A stretch of DNA of 64,000 nucleotides, from the NCBI GenBank assembly GCA_016748015.1, contig JAAOMT010000735.1, forward strand, positions 248,001-312,000. Reading direction: 5' to 3'. Shown here piece after piece: positions 60,775-64,000 of this stretch. Numbering within the stretch: the stretch's first letter is position 1; each line of letters starts with the position of its first letter. Position numbers and translations under genes: made by a program. This stretch comes from Geosiphon pyriformis uo1 (lineage: Eukaryota; Fungi; Glomeromycota). Below the pieces are notes generated by a model that did no database searches, was not told where the DNA came from, and saw nothing but the letters and a program-made list of their open reading frames with translations.

Positions 60775-61816
60775 TGTTATGAGTAAACTTGGTGTAATAA
60801 GGAGATAGTAACATTTGGTGCTCTCAATTATTGGTAATGTGTCTTTTGCATAATTCTGCTGGCTTAGTCTTGATTATTAGTTGCTGAAGATCTTATTTTA
60901 CTGGTTGTGAATTTATCTATTGAGTTCTTTGATTATAAGGCACAGAGTTTTGGTTCTCACTGATTACAACTTCTTATAAAGATGAGCTTTCTTTTCTGAG
61001 CTAATAAGCACAGTCATTAAGGTCTGGCATTGTTTTTTTGCCTTTCTGGTAAGCTATCAAGATAACATTAATATCTAAAAACTCTAGAAAGAGCTTCTTT
61101 CTTTTACCAAGCTATTATGAAATCTATTCTCAGACAGTTAATTTTATTATGTTACTGCTTCATAAAAGAATAAAGAAAAAAAATAAAAAGAAAAAAAAAT
61201 AGAAGAAAGAAAAAAAGAAAAGAATTAGTATTGTCAATTGCTGTGATCAAGAGCAATTGGTCCAAATTGTTAATAGTTTAAGACAGTTATGCTAAAAGCA
61301 TCTGTCTTAGAACAAAGATATAAAACAATAGTCAATTCATGTATATTTCACAAAGTTTGAGAACATGAATTTGTGATTCTGATTTCTTGATAATTAATTT
61401 ATTTCAGAAGATGAAGATAGAATAAAATAAATGATAGAAGAGGTAAAAATATTTGATTCTTGTCTAGGGATTTGTATTTATTTGTCTGTTCATTTCTACT
61501 TTTTACAACTACTTGTTTTTATACATTTTATTGGTTTTACAGAATTGCTTCTGATTGTTTCATTATTGCTAACTATTGCTTTGTTATTTCTGTTATTGCT
61601 TTGTTTTTTTATGTTATTACTAGTTATCCTACATTATAACATATTATCTGGTGTTATTACATGTTATTCTGTGTTATTCTATGTTATAATACATTATCTT
61701 GCATTATTCTAAGTTATAACACATTATCCAATATTATTGTGTACTATTTTGTATTTATGTTACATTTTGGTCATGTTTCTTCATAACTCCAAATTGGTTT
61801 TTCTACTCTGATAACA
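60775..61816 (-). repeat. 5' LTR of element G (D-type, TGTTAT-repeat U3)
   Basis: TGTTAT...ATAACA termini; repeats 42084-42750; adjacent PBS. Confidence 0.9.
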
Positions 61817-64000
61817 CTATTATTAGTTCAACTCCTATTTCAAAGTAAACAAAATAAAACAGAATTATTAAGAATCTATAGTGATTATTTTGAAGGATTT
61901 AAATCGAGATTACTGACTTCATTAGAATTTTAATCACCATCATCTCAACCAAATTTTGAAACTGTAATTTCTTGGAAAGTAATAGAATTAGAAGAGGAAG
62001 AAAACAAAGATCAGAAATTTAATTACCAAAACCTAATCCCAAAAAACCTGGAAAATCAAACCCTAAATATTCAAACTCCAAAAAATCAGAACAATCCAAA
62101 CTCCAACATAATTAATCAGCAACACTTACCTCCAGTAATCATGATCAATCAGCCACCAATTGAACCAATTGCTGAACCAATTTAACAGCTTCAAGTACCA
62201 CCTTAACAACAATCATAACAACCATTCCAACAACCACTACAACCACAACCAATGGCCTATGCACCAATTGCCAAAATTGAAAAATTTACTGATAAAGAAG
62301 ATAACATGCAAGTGTGACTAAACAATGTGAAGAAAACCATTGCAGCCAATAAATGAAACAATGCCAGAGTACTTCAAGCCATTCCATACTTTTTCCAGAA
62401 TACTGCCAACTTATGGTATCAAAGCTTGGCCAACAAATCTCAAAATTTTAACACATTTAAGCTTGAGTTCTTACAATATTTTAACAATAATAATAGTATT
62501 AATTATCTAGCCAATACCTTCACTACTATTAAGCAAGAACTGAAGCAGTCACTACTTATCTAAAATGCTTCCACAAGAATCTGTGCCAAATTTAGACAAT
62601 ACAGACCGATTATTTCACAGTACCACAAATTTTAAATTAATTTATCAGAGGTCTGTATAGTAGTATTCTCCAATATATATGTTTATTACACTTAACAAAT
62701 CTTCAAGCAGTAGTTATCTATGTCTGAGATTTTGAAGCAGTTAAATTAGAAGCCAACCATATCTAAGCTGTAAACCTAGTAATGAATAGTTTATCTGACC
62801 TGGATTCTAAATTGAAGCAGTTTAGTGATTCAATTAATCAGAAATTAGTGAAATACTTAGTTAACAATCAAGCAATTTATTAATCTCCACAATGACATAA
62901 TAATTCAGGAAACTCAAATTATTTCCAAAATCAGACACAGCCATTATTATTAACCAATCAACTGTGGTAAACAAAGATACATGTTTGCTACAATTATGGT
63001 AAACAAAGACACATTAGAATTAGTTGCTGAATTTATAGCAATATTACACAATCAGAAAATCAATACTGAAACTCTGATTGTCAGTTCCAAACTCCAAATT
63101 ATTAATCAAACCCAGAACCATATTAACCATATTACTTATCCATAATATAGCAGCCAATCTATTAACCACCAATTTATCAGCCTTCAGCACTAGTAGTTTA
63201 TCAACTGCAGCTTCAACCTATCTATTAACTGCAGCTTCAAACAATCTATCAGTCCCAACAAATTCAAACACTACCATCCAACTCAGCTCAATTAATCACT
63301 GAAACCCAAAGGCCAAGAGTTACTCATACTTAACAAAACTGAGAGTCAGCAATAATTATGCATCAACTAATTCCCAGTTCCTTAACTCAATCCTTAGAAT
63401 CATAACAGTAAAGTTTAAGAACAGGATATATTTAAAATCCAAATTCTCAGAACTATTTAAGTCTTCTAGTTACCCTAGAAGATGCCATATTTAACAACTT
63501 AAAAGCCAGACAAAAGCAGCCACTTACTAACAACATATTGCCAGCAACTATTACTAAAAATGAATCACTTACCGCCATCTTTTCTTTTGAACTCGAGGAA
63601 CCAGTTAAAATGCTATTATTCAATAGAACTGCCCTAGAATCAAAATTCATGACTGCAATGTATACAGATGTTAAAGTTGATAGTCAGCCCATTAAACTGA
63701 TTTTAGACAGTAAATTAGCTGACAGCATCATCACCCGACAACTTATGGATCAATTAGGTTATTGAGTTGATCAACCTATCAGTACACAAATAATCATTGT
63801 AAATAGAGCAACAAAAATTCCAATAGGCAAAATTAACAACTTCTTTTTTGAAGTCAGTAATATTGTTGCACCAATTAAAGTCTTGATAATGAAAACAACC
63901 CAATATCAAGCACTAGTGGGTAACAACTGGTTGTCTAAAACCAATGCAGTGCTTGATTGGACTACACAGAAGCTTTAACTCAGTCAGAATGGACAACATA
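61817..64000 (+). mobile_element. gag-protease portion of degenerate Ty3/gypsy element H (C-like), continuing beyond the window
   Basis: MAYAPIAKIEKF..RVLQAIPYF.., MYTDVKVDSQPIKLILDS..QYQALVGNNWL; collinear with element C gag/PR. Confidence 0.85.

Larger units (their letters stand above)
42084..61816 (-). mobile_element. Degenerate Ty3/gypsy element G (D-type LTRs, dUTPase-bearing), interrupted by element C
   Basis: 3' LTR 42084-42750 (cut by the gap) matches 5' LTR 60775-61816; PBS TGGTGCTCCTTGTGAGG; PPT at ~42751-42766; ORF3 42765-43502, IN, RT/RH, dUTPase, Cys domain, PR (KLILDSRS), gag split at 49769/59710. Confidence 0.9.

Overview
AT-rich eukaryotic (fungal) DNA. The MATA-type HMG-box and Sel1-repeat genes, short GT-AG introns and retroelement load suggest an early-diverging Glomeromycotina genome, Geosiphon-like (inference). 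Bases 1-15,300 are a gene-bearing block: a solo LTR, a Sel1-repeat gene, an HMG-box gene, a ~3.6 kb C/G-stripped desert with small CpG-rich islands, COG8 and a 3-exon COQ10. From ~15,300 to the end is a nested stack of degenerate Ty3/gypsy LTR retrotransposons (labelled A-C and E-H here; 'D' names the LTR type of element G), a decayed Sola-like DNA transposon and an 899-N gap. LTRs, PBS, PPT and 4-bp TSDs resolve for most insertions. Highlights: (1) elements B, C and G share the pol layout PR - large Cys-rich domain - dUTPase - RT-RH - IN(GPF), and five elements carry a conserved non-env ~210-aa ORF after integrase; (2) the U5 end folds onto the tRNA primer-binding site as a hairpin conserved by covariation across LTR subfamilies; (3) a second covarying LTR hairpin presents a palindromic UGAUCA loop; (4) repeats show RIP-like two-strand C->T hypermutation biased to CpG and TpC, with sharp borders and protected GTCACGTG islands. 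Alignments and counts were done by eye.
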